From: Candidatus Peribacteria bacterium
GTDB lineage: Bacteria; Patescibacteriota; Gracilibacteria; Peribacterales; Peribacteraceae
Assembly: GCA_903854455.1 (NCBI GenBank)
Contig: CAINWJ010000159.1
Span: 1 to 44,661, forward strand
DNA: 44,661 nt
Direction of reading: 5' to 3'
Shown: piece after piece, positions 27,301 to 34,364 of the stretch
How the letters are laid out: each line of letters begins with the position of its first letter
Numbering within the stretch: position 1 is the first letter of the stretch
Program-made: the position numbers and the translations under genes
The notes under the pieces: model-generated
What the model saw: the letters and a program-made list of their open reading frames with translations, nothing else
Told to the model about the DNA's origin: nothing
The model's database searches: none

Positions 27301-28894
27301 TGACTTCCGCGGACGCGAGAAGCACTCGGAAGAGGAGGAAGTAGGCGTATGGGAGAAGCGCTTCGGGCATATCGATAATCACGCCCTTCAGCACATGCTT
27401 GTGGGACAGACCGACAAAGACAAGGTGAAAGCCATCATCAACCTCCTCACCAAGCGCGGACGCATGGACTTTGAGGACGATCAGCTCTGGTACACACTTG
27501 AGCGATTGTCGAAATATGGCATGCCGCATGACGCTTGCCATCGGGACAACATTCTCCGTAACGCCTACCTGCAGAAACTCATCGCCCAAATCTGGGATGA
27601 CAAAGACCAATTCGAGCACTGGAAGACAGCGAACGACAGCGCTATCAAAAAAGGTAAAGACTCGTTTGCAGCTACAGTAGATGATCTATCGAGCCTTCCG
27701 AAGGGTCAGGCAAGCGCGCTAGCACGCCTGCTGGAAGCATGGGATAAACAAAAGGATCATGGAGCGAAAGTATCTCCGGAAGAAGAGGTAAATCCGCATC
27801 TCTTCGAAGAGCACATTCACTACGCGATGAGAAACGGAAAAATGGGAATGGAAGACAAATTCTTCTACCTCATACAAGGCGTTGCACGCGGTTTACTTAA
27901 CGTCGATCGCCTGCGCTCATTCAATGGACAGGAGGGAAAAATTTTGAATGCCTTTCCGTTTATCGACTTCTTCGATAAGAAAAATAATACCCTAGATGAG
28001 ATCAGAACTATCGCCGAGAGTATTACGAACAAGAAGGCACCATACACACCGGACTACAGAACAACGTACCTTCTGTACGAAGAGGTAAGGAGAAACAAAG
28101 CCGTCCGTGATCGTGCGGCAAAAGGCATCAAGAACTCACAAAACGTCGATCATGAAGACCTGCCAATGCTTATCAGTTTGCTGGATTACGGTAACATCAA
28201 CCAAGCAACAGGCATTGCCGGAGGACAGCTGTGGAGAGTCTCCGCTCCTGCAATGAAGAATATCTATGTGGGATACAATTCGCTATTCCAGTATTATGCT
28301 ATACGCGCCAGAATGATCCTAGAAGGCGTTTCGGGTGTAAAACCATTGACGATGGAGGATATCACAGCGATCACAACTGCTCTGGTTGCGTTCATTCACT
28401 ATGACAACCTAATAACAAGAGCAGCAGATACGGGATCTCGTCCATATTTGACATGGAATGAAATCAATAACGATCCACCTGTTTCGGGTACCCTGCTCAC
28501 AAAGAACTACCGCGACAAAGCGACAGGATTCGCAAAAGAAATTGTAAAAGACAAATTGGGAATCGCTGAGATAACTACAAAAGAAGGAAATGTTACCATA
28601 GATGATGCAATCGGTGTCGGTCGGGACGCAGCTACAGTGGATGAATTAGGTGCTACTAAGAAAAAAGTTCTGATGAGTCAGGCTTGCCAGGAAGATTTGA
28701 CGAAGAACATCAAGAAAAATCTGACAAAGGCTTTCAAAGAAAACCCACAACAAATCCTGAAATGGCTTGCAAAATTTACAGAAGACCCAAGTAAAACACT
28801 CCATCCCGAAGAAGAGGAATTTACATACAGTAACATTAAATCAATCGTACCAACGTGGAGACAAGCGGTTCCACAAACACACGCAATCCACTAG
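24350..28894 (+). CDS. Giant orphan soluble protein (1514 aa) with a single HExxH motif
   Basis: The ORF is uninterrupted over 4.5 kb and starts 9 nt after the preceding stop. It has no signal peptide or TM helices and is highly charged. The motif context is GTGKIYLNMSSVRRDKVNKQRVIEHERNHAFIDV. The start could instead be the internal Met at 24410. Confidence 0.8.
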   Translation: MIKTNIHCRLTVTEHSLREHRMLRDVPDRRLSADGYLPPNDDMPSADQQDQETSEHRFERWKLGGAEATGTGISDIMKRTHENVVVIDPQLELGALRESDILWDLVSVDGIMDREMGELLKSKASSVNLTMNEKETNLQELMSAKPKNVGSILWVIRNNIESAEELSQMLEKRLKVLGMHDPAMLQKKLEELRDTSTSEEKFGVLTEAGITKQDVQRIAEKISGQKDAAKELTDRTLDAVINFLWNTVIIRKRQSLFAERTGKENPYTSDARADYIRTLKQQEECVEKYLKAMLQSKIKLIGDRLKLYYTQIGRKGAGMDVKDFDRAYGLEDRMRDIEGLQAKIEAAAGLQRGRAGGKKPIDFESLMTSLGTLETLEREVGSLPSAGKTELGSDAEDVNFKNNVEQSVEEGNRNEDMAVEIAKSLKHVRETNTDPAATAELDRMWERYQPYAAGLDSIERQFTSQADCTVHRMSMRQMPYHHIQRDLITVSTLTLEPTYFSDGLAKQEAARKNHPNTKQGREELRQLLGTSITGIQKQTQGDIARVLSIGPNLAKQNEVLEAQLRDAEKHPDITKREQMFLAAATEIRELAAANRLLGETWVVEIDKPTVFEKITQLQPGIAMNTYGYYVLGTGKIYLNMSSVRRDKVNKQRVIEHERNHAFIDVMCRRTKALPGLLVHTRMALDNAASEQGTTAEELLKTFAKECKIDMTHPGWRELTMDEAAVVCADYLGGKKKTLTDAQKNVLRTLGLEKSADDGIPDHDSLRQTTPKEQRAKSGKQKIGQRMAADDIQEGYEPESGAVETKSTEAEGEYPFLKNLDEVKWKLDRIDDFMKVYPQNLQADAGEGQNYEQYINEIKKRLKVTENLFTQKNVADDRQEKILQQMIEDLDFDTGDIMKAIKEFDSKRMDMTHVAPSTKRTLFQKASERIVWCSLSDIWGMIKDAGEDINRMWKRRSEDARAKLGRAVTATFIPEKIPYFGRLQYDFRGREKHSEEEEVGVWEKRFGHIDNHALQHMLVGQTDKDKVKAIINLLTKRGRMDFEDDQLWYTLERLSKYGMPHDACHRDNILRNAYLQKLIAQIWDDKDQFEHWKTANDSAIKKGKDSFAATVDDLSSLPKGQASALARLLEAWDKQKDHGAKVSPEEEVNPHLFEEHIHYAMRNGKMGMEDKFFYLIQGVARGLLNVDRLRSFNGQEGKILNAFPFIDFFDKKNNTLDEIRTIAESITNKKAPYTPDYRTTYLLYEEVRRNKAVRDRAAKGIKNSQNVDHEDLPMLISLLDYGNINQATGIAGGQLWRVSAPAMKNIYVGYNSLFQYYAIRARMILEGVSGVKPLTMEDITAITTALVAFIHYDNLITRAADTGSRPYLTWNEINNDPPVSGTLLTKNYRDKATGFAKEIVKDKLGIAEITTKEGNVTIDDAIGVGRDAATVDELGATKKKVLMSQACQEDLTKNIKKNLTKAFKENPQQILKWLAKFTEDPSKTLHPEEEEFTYSNIKSIVPTWRQAVPQTHAIH

Positions 28895-28905
28895 AATGAC
28901 TGAGC

Positions 28906-30039
28906 ATGATTGCTCAGTCACGCCGCATCATCGTCAAAGTCGGCACCAACGTACTTACCACACCGGAGGGTTTATTGAATGCTGACATGATGGCATCACT
29001 GGTTCAGCAAATCGTAACCCTGCAGCAGAAGGGAACTGAAATCATTCTCGTCTCCTCGGGAGCCATGGCAGCGGGGAGAGCTGTCGTGAGAGCCCACAAT
29101 CGTCGGCGATCCACATCTCGCTTGTCGCCCTTCGACTACGCTCAGGGTGACAAGCAGCGTAATGACGTCACCAACCGGCAAATCCTCGCCGCCGTCGGGC
29201 AGGTGCACCTCATGAAACGGTACGCTGAATTATTCGGCACTCACAATGCCATTTGCGCTCAAGTTCTTGCGACAAAGGAGGATTTTCGCGACCGGCGACA
29301 TTACCTGAATATGCGCGGCTGCTTCGCATCTCTATTGGAAGAAGGCATCGTTCCGGTGGTAAATGAGAATGATGTGGTGGCAGTCGATGAGCTGATGTTC
29401 ACGGACAATGACGAACTCGCGGGGTTGATCGCTGCAATGGTCGACGCCGATGCGCTCCTGATCCTCTCCAGTGTACCGGGAATACTGACCTGCGATCCCA
29501 AGGATCCAGATTCGACTGTCATCAAAGAAGTCCGCAGTGACGCGGATTGGAAAAAATACTTACGCGCCGGAACATCATCCTTCGGTCGCGGCGGCATGCA
29601 CACCAAGTGCGAGAGTGCCAGGAAACTCGCGTCACTAGGCATTACGACGCACATCGCACTCGGAACTTTGCCCGATGTGCTCCTGAAGATCGAAAGCGGG
29701 AAGAGTCCTGGAACCGTCTTCATTCCGGAGAAATCGACCTCCAGCATCAAGCGATGGGTAGCAGAGAGCGAAGGTCAGGAGAAAGGGATCATCGTAATCA
29801 ACAAGTGCGCTGTAGAAGCCATCACGGCACCGGGGCGCGCACGGAGTCTGCTTCCGGTCGGCATCGTGAAAATCAAGGGAGACTTCGAGAAAAATGATTT
29901 ACTAAGAATCAGAAGTGAAGAAGGAAAAGACATCGGAATTGGACGAGCGCAATATGCATCGACTCCGGCGAAGGAGGCAATGGGGAAGCAGGGGCAGAGG
30001 GCGTTGATACATTACGATTACCTCTATTTGAATACGTGA
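28906..30039 (+). CDS. proB: Glutamate 5-kinase with PUA domain
   Basis: RIIVKVGTNVLT, VSSGAMAAGR, ILAAVGQ, VNENDVV and a C-terminal PUA-like region are present. An insertion of about 18 aa relative to E. coli ProB lies between AAGR and ILAAVGQ. Confidence 0.95.
   Translation: MIAQSRRIIVKVGTNVLTTPEGLLNADMMASLVQQIVTLQQKGTEIILVSSGAMAAGRAVVRAHNRRRSTSRLSPFDYAQGDKQRNDVTNRQILAAVGQVHLMKRYAELFGTHNAICAQVLATKEDFRDRRHYLNMRGCFASLLEEGIVPVVNENDVVAVDELMFTDNDELAGLIAAMVDADALLILSSVPGILTCDPKDPDSTVIKEVRSDADWKKYLRAGTSSFGRGGMHTKCESARKLASLGITTHIALGTLPDVLLKIESGKSPGTVFIPEKSTSSIKRWVAESEGQEKGIIVINKCAVEAITAPGRARSLLPVGIVKIKGDFEKNDLLRIRSEEGKDIGIGRAQYASTPAKEAMGKQGQRALIHYDYLYLNT
29120..29155. repeat. 11-bp-stem palindrome inside the proB coding sequence
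   Basis: gcttgtcgccc (29120-29130) pairs with gggtgacaagc (29145-29155), including one G.T. The loop is 14 nt (ttcgactacgctca). The region encodes SRLSPFDYAQGDKQ in frame. Confidence 0.8.
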
Positions 30040-30046
30040 TACGAAA

Positions 30047-30146
30047 AGTAAGGTAGGTATTGTAGGTAAGGTAAGTAAAGTAGGTGATCAATCAGCCCAC
30101 ATACCTTACGTACATTACCTACCTTACGTACCTTACATACCTTACC
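30047..30146. repeat. Low-complexity inverted repeat, GGTAAGGTA family (locus E)
   Basis: G-arm 30047-30087 and C-arm 30098-30146. It lies between the proB stop and the proC start. The 44-nt stretch 30044-30087, which contains the G-arm, is 39/44 identical to the reverse complement of the locus B C-arm. Confidence 0.88.
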
Positions 30147-30185
30147 ATCCGCAGACACTTGCTCTCTCTTGCCTCCTGCTATTCA

Positions 30186-31067
30186 ATGCCATTGATGAAG
30201 CCCTCCCTCACCATCATCGGCGTCGGCAATATGGGAAGTGCATTCGCTTATGGATTGCTAATCCCGCAGCCAGGAATGGCTGCTCCCCAGAAGAATAAAT
30301 CTACAAAGAATATTGATGGGGAGCGCCCGTTCCCGGGCGCGGAGCAGAATGACACAATCATCCAACTTCATCTCTGCGACGGCAACAATGAGAAGTTGAA
30401 GCAATTCCCGAAAGCGAAGCACTTCACCGATCCGAAGAAAGCGATTGCCAAATCATCAACCGTACTCCTCGCTGTGAAACCACAATCAGCACGAGAACTG
30501 CTCCAGGATCTTTCCCCGTTACTGAAGGATAAGCTGGTTATTTCCATTATGGCCGGCATCAGCATCAAAACACTCGGTAAGCTTACCGGTTCCAAGAGAA
30601 TCGTTCGTGCGATGCCCAACCTGCCGGCAACAGTAGGACTCGGCTGCACGGGATGGTGCGCCACCAAAGCGATCACCGCTGCCGATCACACAATGATTGA
30701 AACTATATTCGCAGCCGTCGGCACGCAGATCGAGCTCATGGATGAATCGAAACTCGACGCAGTCACCGCCATCTCCGGCTCCGGACCGGCGTACTTCTTC
30801 CTCCTTGCGGAACTACTCGGAATGAAAGCCCTGGAGGAAGGATTCACGGCACAGCAAGCCGCAGTGTTAGCACGTGCAACGCTCATCGGCAGTGGCGTGC
30901 TCGTTGCCAATGACAAGCGGACACTGACGGCACTGCGTGAAGCCGTGACGTCGAAAGGCGGCACGACCGAAGCGGCACTCGCCTCATTCAGTGCGAATCA
31001 GCTGGATACGCTCATCAATGAAGCGGTCGACGCCGCCATTATCCGCTGTCGGAAACTCAACCAATGA
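30186..31067 (+). CDS. proC: Pyrroline-5-carboxylate reductase
   Basis: [10 protein letters not shown] dinucleotide-binding motif and [10 protein letters not shown] are present. The track ORF starts at 30084 but its first 34 codons are repeat-arm translation (YLTYITYLTYLTYL). I place the start at ATG 30186, or possibly 30195. There is an insertion of about 25 aa after the GxGxxG helix. Confidence 0.88.
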   Translation: MPLMKPSLTIIGVGNMGSAFAYGLLIPQPGMAAPQKNKSTKNIDGERPFPGAEQNDTIIQLHLCDGNNEKLKQFPKAKHFTDPKKAIAKSSTVLLAVKPQSARELLQDLSPLLKDKLVISIMAGISIKTLGKLTGSKRIVRAMPNLPATVGLGCTGWCATKAITAADHTMIETIFAAVGTQIELMDESKLDAVTAISGSGPAYFFLLAELLGMKALEEGFTAQQAAVLARATLIGSGVLVANDKRTLTALREAVTSKGGTTEAALASFSANQLDTLINEAVDAAIIRCRKLNQ

Positions 31068-32317
31068 CCAATTCAATCCTTAAGCAGTTGGCGAAGACGA
31101 AAACGGCAAGCCGCACGCTTGTAACAGTGCCTGAAAAGACGATCAATGCTATCCTCCTCGATCTCGCCGACCGGCTCATGAAAGACGGAAAAGCGATCAT
31201 CGCCGCCAATGGCAAAGATTGTGCGCGAATGGACAAAAACGATCCGCGCTACGACCGCCTGCTACTCACGACTGATCGATTGGAAGGAATGGCAGCGGAC
31301 ATCCGAACCGTGGCACTCCTCCCCTCCCCGCTCAAGAGAATTCTAGAGAATCGGAAGCGCCCCAATGGCTTGCAGATCAAAAAGATCACGGTTCCACTCG
31401 GCGTGATCGGCATCATCTATGAAGCGCGACCGAACGTCACCGTCGACACCTTCTCACTCTGCTTCAAGGCTGGAAACGCCTGCGTTCTCAAAGGTGGCAG
31501 CGATGCGAAAGATTCCAACGCCGCCATTGTTGAGGTGATTCAATCTGTCCTGAAAAAGCACGGCGTTGATCAATATGTTGTTCAGCTGCTCCCGCCTGAC
31601 CGAAAAGCTGTAGAAACCATGCTGCATGCCGATGACATGATCGACGTGGTGATTCCCCGCGGGAGTCAATCGCTGATCGACTTCGTCCGGAAGACGAGCC
31701 ACATTCCGGTAATCGAAACCGGCGCCGGTATCGTTCACACATACGTCGATGCGAGTGGTGATACCAGGAAAGCAGCCGCCATCGTTTTCAATGCCAAGAC
31801 GCGTCGACCATCGGTATGCAACACGCTCGATACGTTGATCATTCATGAATCGAAACTCAAAGACCTGCCGACGATCGTGAAGCCGCTCCTGGCAAAGAAT
31901 GTTGAAATCTTCGCAGATACAAATGCATTTCAGGCAATCAAATCTTCGTACGATCCGAGACTGCTCAAAAAAGCCACTGCCAAGCACTACGGAACGGAAT
32001 TCCTATCACTCAGAATGTCGATCAAAACAGTGAAGAATTTGGATGAGGCTCTCGATCACATTGCTCAGTACAGCTCGAAGCACAGTGAAGCTATCATTGC
32101 CGAAGACTCGAAAGCCATTCAGCGATTCCTCTCCGAGGTCGACGCAGCGGCCGTCTACGCCAATGCCTCCACCGCATTCACAGACGGTGCTCAGTTCGGC
32201 ATGGGGGCAGAGATCGGTATTTCGACGCAGAAGCTCCACGCCCGCGGTCCCATGGCGCTGCAGGAATTGACGAGCTATAAATGGGTGATTGAGGGGAAGG
32301 GGCAGACTCGAACGTGA
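31064..32317 (+). CDS. proA: Glutamate-5-semialdehyde dehydrogenase (gamma-glutamyl phosphate reductase)
   Basis: [14 protein letters not shown] and an ALDH-type core are present. It shares a 4-nt ATGA overlap with proC. Confidence 0.96.
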   Translation: MTNSILKQLAKTKTASRTLVTVPEKTINAILLDLADRLMKDGKAIIAANGKDCARMDKNDPRYDRLLLTTDRLEGMAADIRTVALLPSPLKRILENRKRPNGLQIKKITVPLGVIGIIYEARPNVTVDTFSLCFKAGNACVLKGGSDAKDSNAAIVEVIQSVLKKHGVDQYVVQLLPPDRKAVETMLHADDMIDVVIPRGSQSLIDFVRKTSHIPVIETGAGIVHTYVDASGDTRKAAAIVFNAKTRRPSVCNTLDTLIIHESKLKDLPTIVKPLLAKNVEIFADTNAFQAIKSSYDPRLLKKATAKHYGTEFLSLRMSIKTVKNLDEALDHIAQYSSKHSEAIIAEDSKAIQRFLSEVDAAAVYANASTAFTDGAQFGMGAEIGISTQKLHARGPMALQELTSYKWVIEGKGQTRT

Positions 32318-32413
32318 TGGTTTGGTGGTTTGGTAGTTTACTGGTTGGGTAGTTTGGCTGTTTCAAAAAAGCATAAACCAGTAAACCATGAAAACCACCA
32401 AACTAGTAAACCC
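32318..32413. repeat. Low-complexity inverted repeat, GGTTTGGT/AGTTTACT family
   Basis: G-arm 32318-32357 (tggtttggtggtttggtagtttactggttgggtagtttgg). C-arm 32375-32413 (aaaccagtaaaccatgaaaaccaccaaactagtaaaccc). The loop contains tttcaaaaaagc. It fills the spacer between the convergent genes proA and dut. Confidence 0.88.
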
Positions 32414-32422
32414 GTCCAGTGT

Positions 32423-32851
32423 TCATCCTGTACTCCCAAAACCTCCCCTCGTCTCCGCTCCGTGATCATCAACCTCCTGCCACTCTGCACGATCGATTCT
32501 GACGAATAATCCCTGTGCAATCCGCTCCCCTCTCTCCACGGTCACCGGCTTGTCCGTCACGTTCTGCACCTGCACAAAGATCTCGTCCTTGGGTCCGTGG
32601 TAGTCATGATCGATCAATCCGAGCGAATGCGGGCAAATAAGCCCCTTCTTCCGCGGCAAGGAGGATCTCGGCATGACAAGCAACGCGTAACCTTCCGGAA
32701 CCTTGATGATGACGTTCCCCGGAATCAGGCCAATGGCATGCGGTGCGACCGTCGTGGTTTCCCGTGTAACGAAATCGAACGCAGCCGAACCCGAGGTCTC
32801 GTACCTAGGTAGCGGCAGTGCCGGATCGACGCGGGTGATGGGGACGAGCAT
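32423..32851 (-). CDS. dut: dUTP diphosphatase
   Basis: Motifs GSAAFD, PRSS, GLIDHDYHG and a C-terminal RGGFGSTG are present. The track ORF extends to 32956 through the repeat (PDPDPD). I place the start at ATG 32851, which gives 142 aa. Confidence 0.92.
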   Translation of the reverse strand: MLVPITRVDPALPLPRYETSGSAAFDFVTRETTTVAPHAIGLIPGNVIIKVPEGYALLVMPRSSLPRKKGLICPHSLGLIDHDYHGPKDEIFVQVQNVTDKPVTVERGERIAQGLFVRIDRAEWQEVDDHGAETRGGFGSTG

Positions 32852-32856
32852 GGAAC

Positions 32857-32984
32857 GGGGTCGGGTATCGGGGTCAGGGTCAGGAAAGTATTGAAAACTG
32901 AACCGGGCGAGTGAATCAACAATGATCGAATGGTCGAGATGATCAAATTCAAGCATGCCCGACCCTGACCCTCCCCCTGACCCT
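32857..32984. repeat. Low-complexity inverted repeat, GGGTCAGG family
   Basis: G-arm 32857-32884 (ggggtcgggtatcggggtcagggtcagg). C-arm 32958-32984 (cccgaccctgaccctccccctgaccct). The loop is 73 nt. It lies between the ftsZ stop (32983) and the dut start. Confidence 0.85.
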
Positions 32985-34269
32985 ATTTCCCAATTTTCTT
33001 CCTCATAAACGTCGGCACCTCCAGCTCTTCCTCATTCAGCTGTGAGCCGGAGAGCTTGATAACAGCATCATCCGTGCGTTCGCCGGAACGGGTGAGATCG
33101 GAAGGAGCGGATTTCTTAAAGGAGGGGAGACTCTTGAGAACCGGCACTTGTGACTGCGCCATCGGCGAATCTTTCTTCTCGTCGAAACCGGTGGCGATCA
33201 CCGTACACTTCACCTGACCGGTGTACGCATCGTCGATGACGGCACCGAAGATGATGTTGGCCTCCGGATCGGCGGCCTCCGTGATGATGCGGGCGGCTTC
33301 ATCGACCTCGAACATGCTCATGTCGTTGCCACCGGTGATGTTGAAGAGAATGCCCTTGGCTCCGCTGATACTGAGTTCCAGGAGCGGAGAATCGACGGCT
33401 GCACGTGCGGCTTCCGACGCCCTGCTGTCACCGGTGCCATACCCGATGCCCATGAGAGCGGAACCGGCATCCTGCATGACAGAACGAACGTCCGCGAAGT
33501 CGACGTTCACCAGTCCGTGGATGGTGATGAGGCTCGCGATGCCCTCGATACCGTGGCGGAGAATTTCATCAACGATCTGGAACGCCTCGGTGAGCGGGGT
33601 TGTTTTGTCGATGAGCGAGAGGATGCGATCGTTCGGGATCGTGATGAGCGTATCGACCTTGCCGCGAAGTGCCTCCAACGCCTCATCAGCCTGCTTGCGA
33701 CGACGAAGTCCTTCGAAGCTGAACGGTCTCGTAACCACACCGACGGTCAGAACACCGAGTGAGCGTGCCAGTTCGGCAATGTACGGAGCGGCACCGGAAC
33801 CTGTTCCTCCACCCAGACCAGCCGTGATGAAGACGAGGTCAGCTCCTTCGATAACCTTCTTGAGCTCCTCCGCACTCTCCTTGGCTGACTGCAGTCCGAT
33901 GTCCGGATTGGCACCGGCACCCAGCCCGCGTGTCGTTCCGCGACCGATGTTCACCTTCTGTGCCGCAGGACTGTGGAACAGTGCCTGTGCATCCGTATTG
34001 ACGGCGATGAACTCGACTCCCCCGACCTTGCCGGAGATCATCCGTGAGACGGCGTTGCTGCCACCGCCACCGACGCCGATAACTTTGATGATGGCATTGG
34101 GAGCGATATCCGGACGGACTTCCTGATGACCGCTGGCGGAAGCCGGAGGTGTCGCGGTGTCATCGAAGCTGCTGCTGCCGGCGGAGGAAGCCTTGGTACC
34201 GCCGAACAGATTGCCGGACGAGGAGGAACCCTTGGAACCGGAGAAGAGGGAACGGAGCGTGTCGGACAT
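32983..34269 (-). CDS. ftsZ: Cell division protein FtsZ
   Basis: The tubulin signature [10 protein letters not shown] is present. There is a Ser/Gly-rich N-terminal extension of about 55 aa and a C-terminal peptide [11 protein letters not shown]. Confidence 0.97.
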   Translation of the reverse strand: MSDTLRSLFSGSKGSSSSGNLFGGTKASSAGSSSFDDTATPPASASGHQEVRPDIAPNAIIKVIGVGGGGSNAVSRMISGKVGGVEFIAVNTDAQALFHSPAAQKVNIGRGTTRGLGAGANPDIGLQSAKESAEELKKVIEGADLVFITAGLGGGTGSGAAPYIAELARSLGVLTVGVVTRPFSFEGLRRRKQADEALEALRGKVDTLITIPNDRILSLIDKTTPLTEAFQIVDEILRHGIEGIASLITIHGLVNVDFADVRSVMQDAGSALMGIGYGTGDSRASEAARAAVDSPLLELSISGAKGILFNITGGNDMSMFEVDEAARIITEAADPEANIIFGAVIDDAYTGQVKCTVIATGFDEKKDSPMAQSQVPVLKSLPSFKKSAPSDLTRSGERTDDAVIKLSGSQLNEEELEVPTFMRKKIGK

Positions 34270-34290
34270 GGGAATGGGGGGAACGAAGAT

Positions 34291-34359
34291 GCGGATTCAA
34301 TGATCCGCGATAATGAGAGCGCAGGGCTGCTGCCCCGCAGACGCGGGGGCTTGCCCCGC
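34291..34359. promoter_or_regulatory. Cluster of GC-rich hairpins between ftsA and ftsZ (alternative helices)
   Basis: gcggat-tcaatg-atccgc spans 34291-34308. Four alternately complementary hexamers follow: gcaggg (34321-26), ccccgc (34333-38), gcgggg (34343-48) and ccccgc (34354-59). Confidence 0.5.
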
Positions 34360-34364
34360 AAAAA

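Noticed and set aside
11950-30146. GGTAAGT / ACTTACC words resemble the eukaryotic 5' splice-site consensus and the U1 snRNA 5' end
   Set aside because: The context is a bacterial gene set with tRNA, ftsZ and dnaA, and the flanking genes are uninterrupted. This is coincidental low-complexity similarity.
30084-30185. N-terminal extensions of proC (YLTYITYLTYLTYL), dut (32852-32956, PDPDPD), ftsA (35604-35741) and the hydrolase (41278-41808)
   Set aside because: The extensions are translations of repeat arms or of the neighbouring gene. The conserved protein cores begin at internal Met codons.
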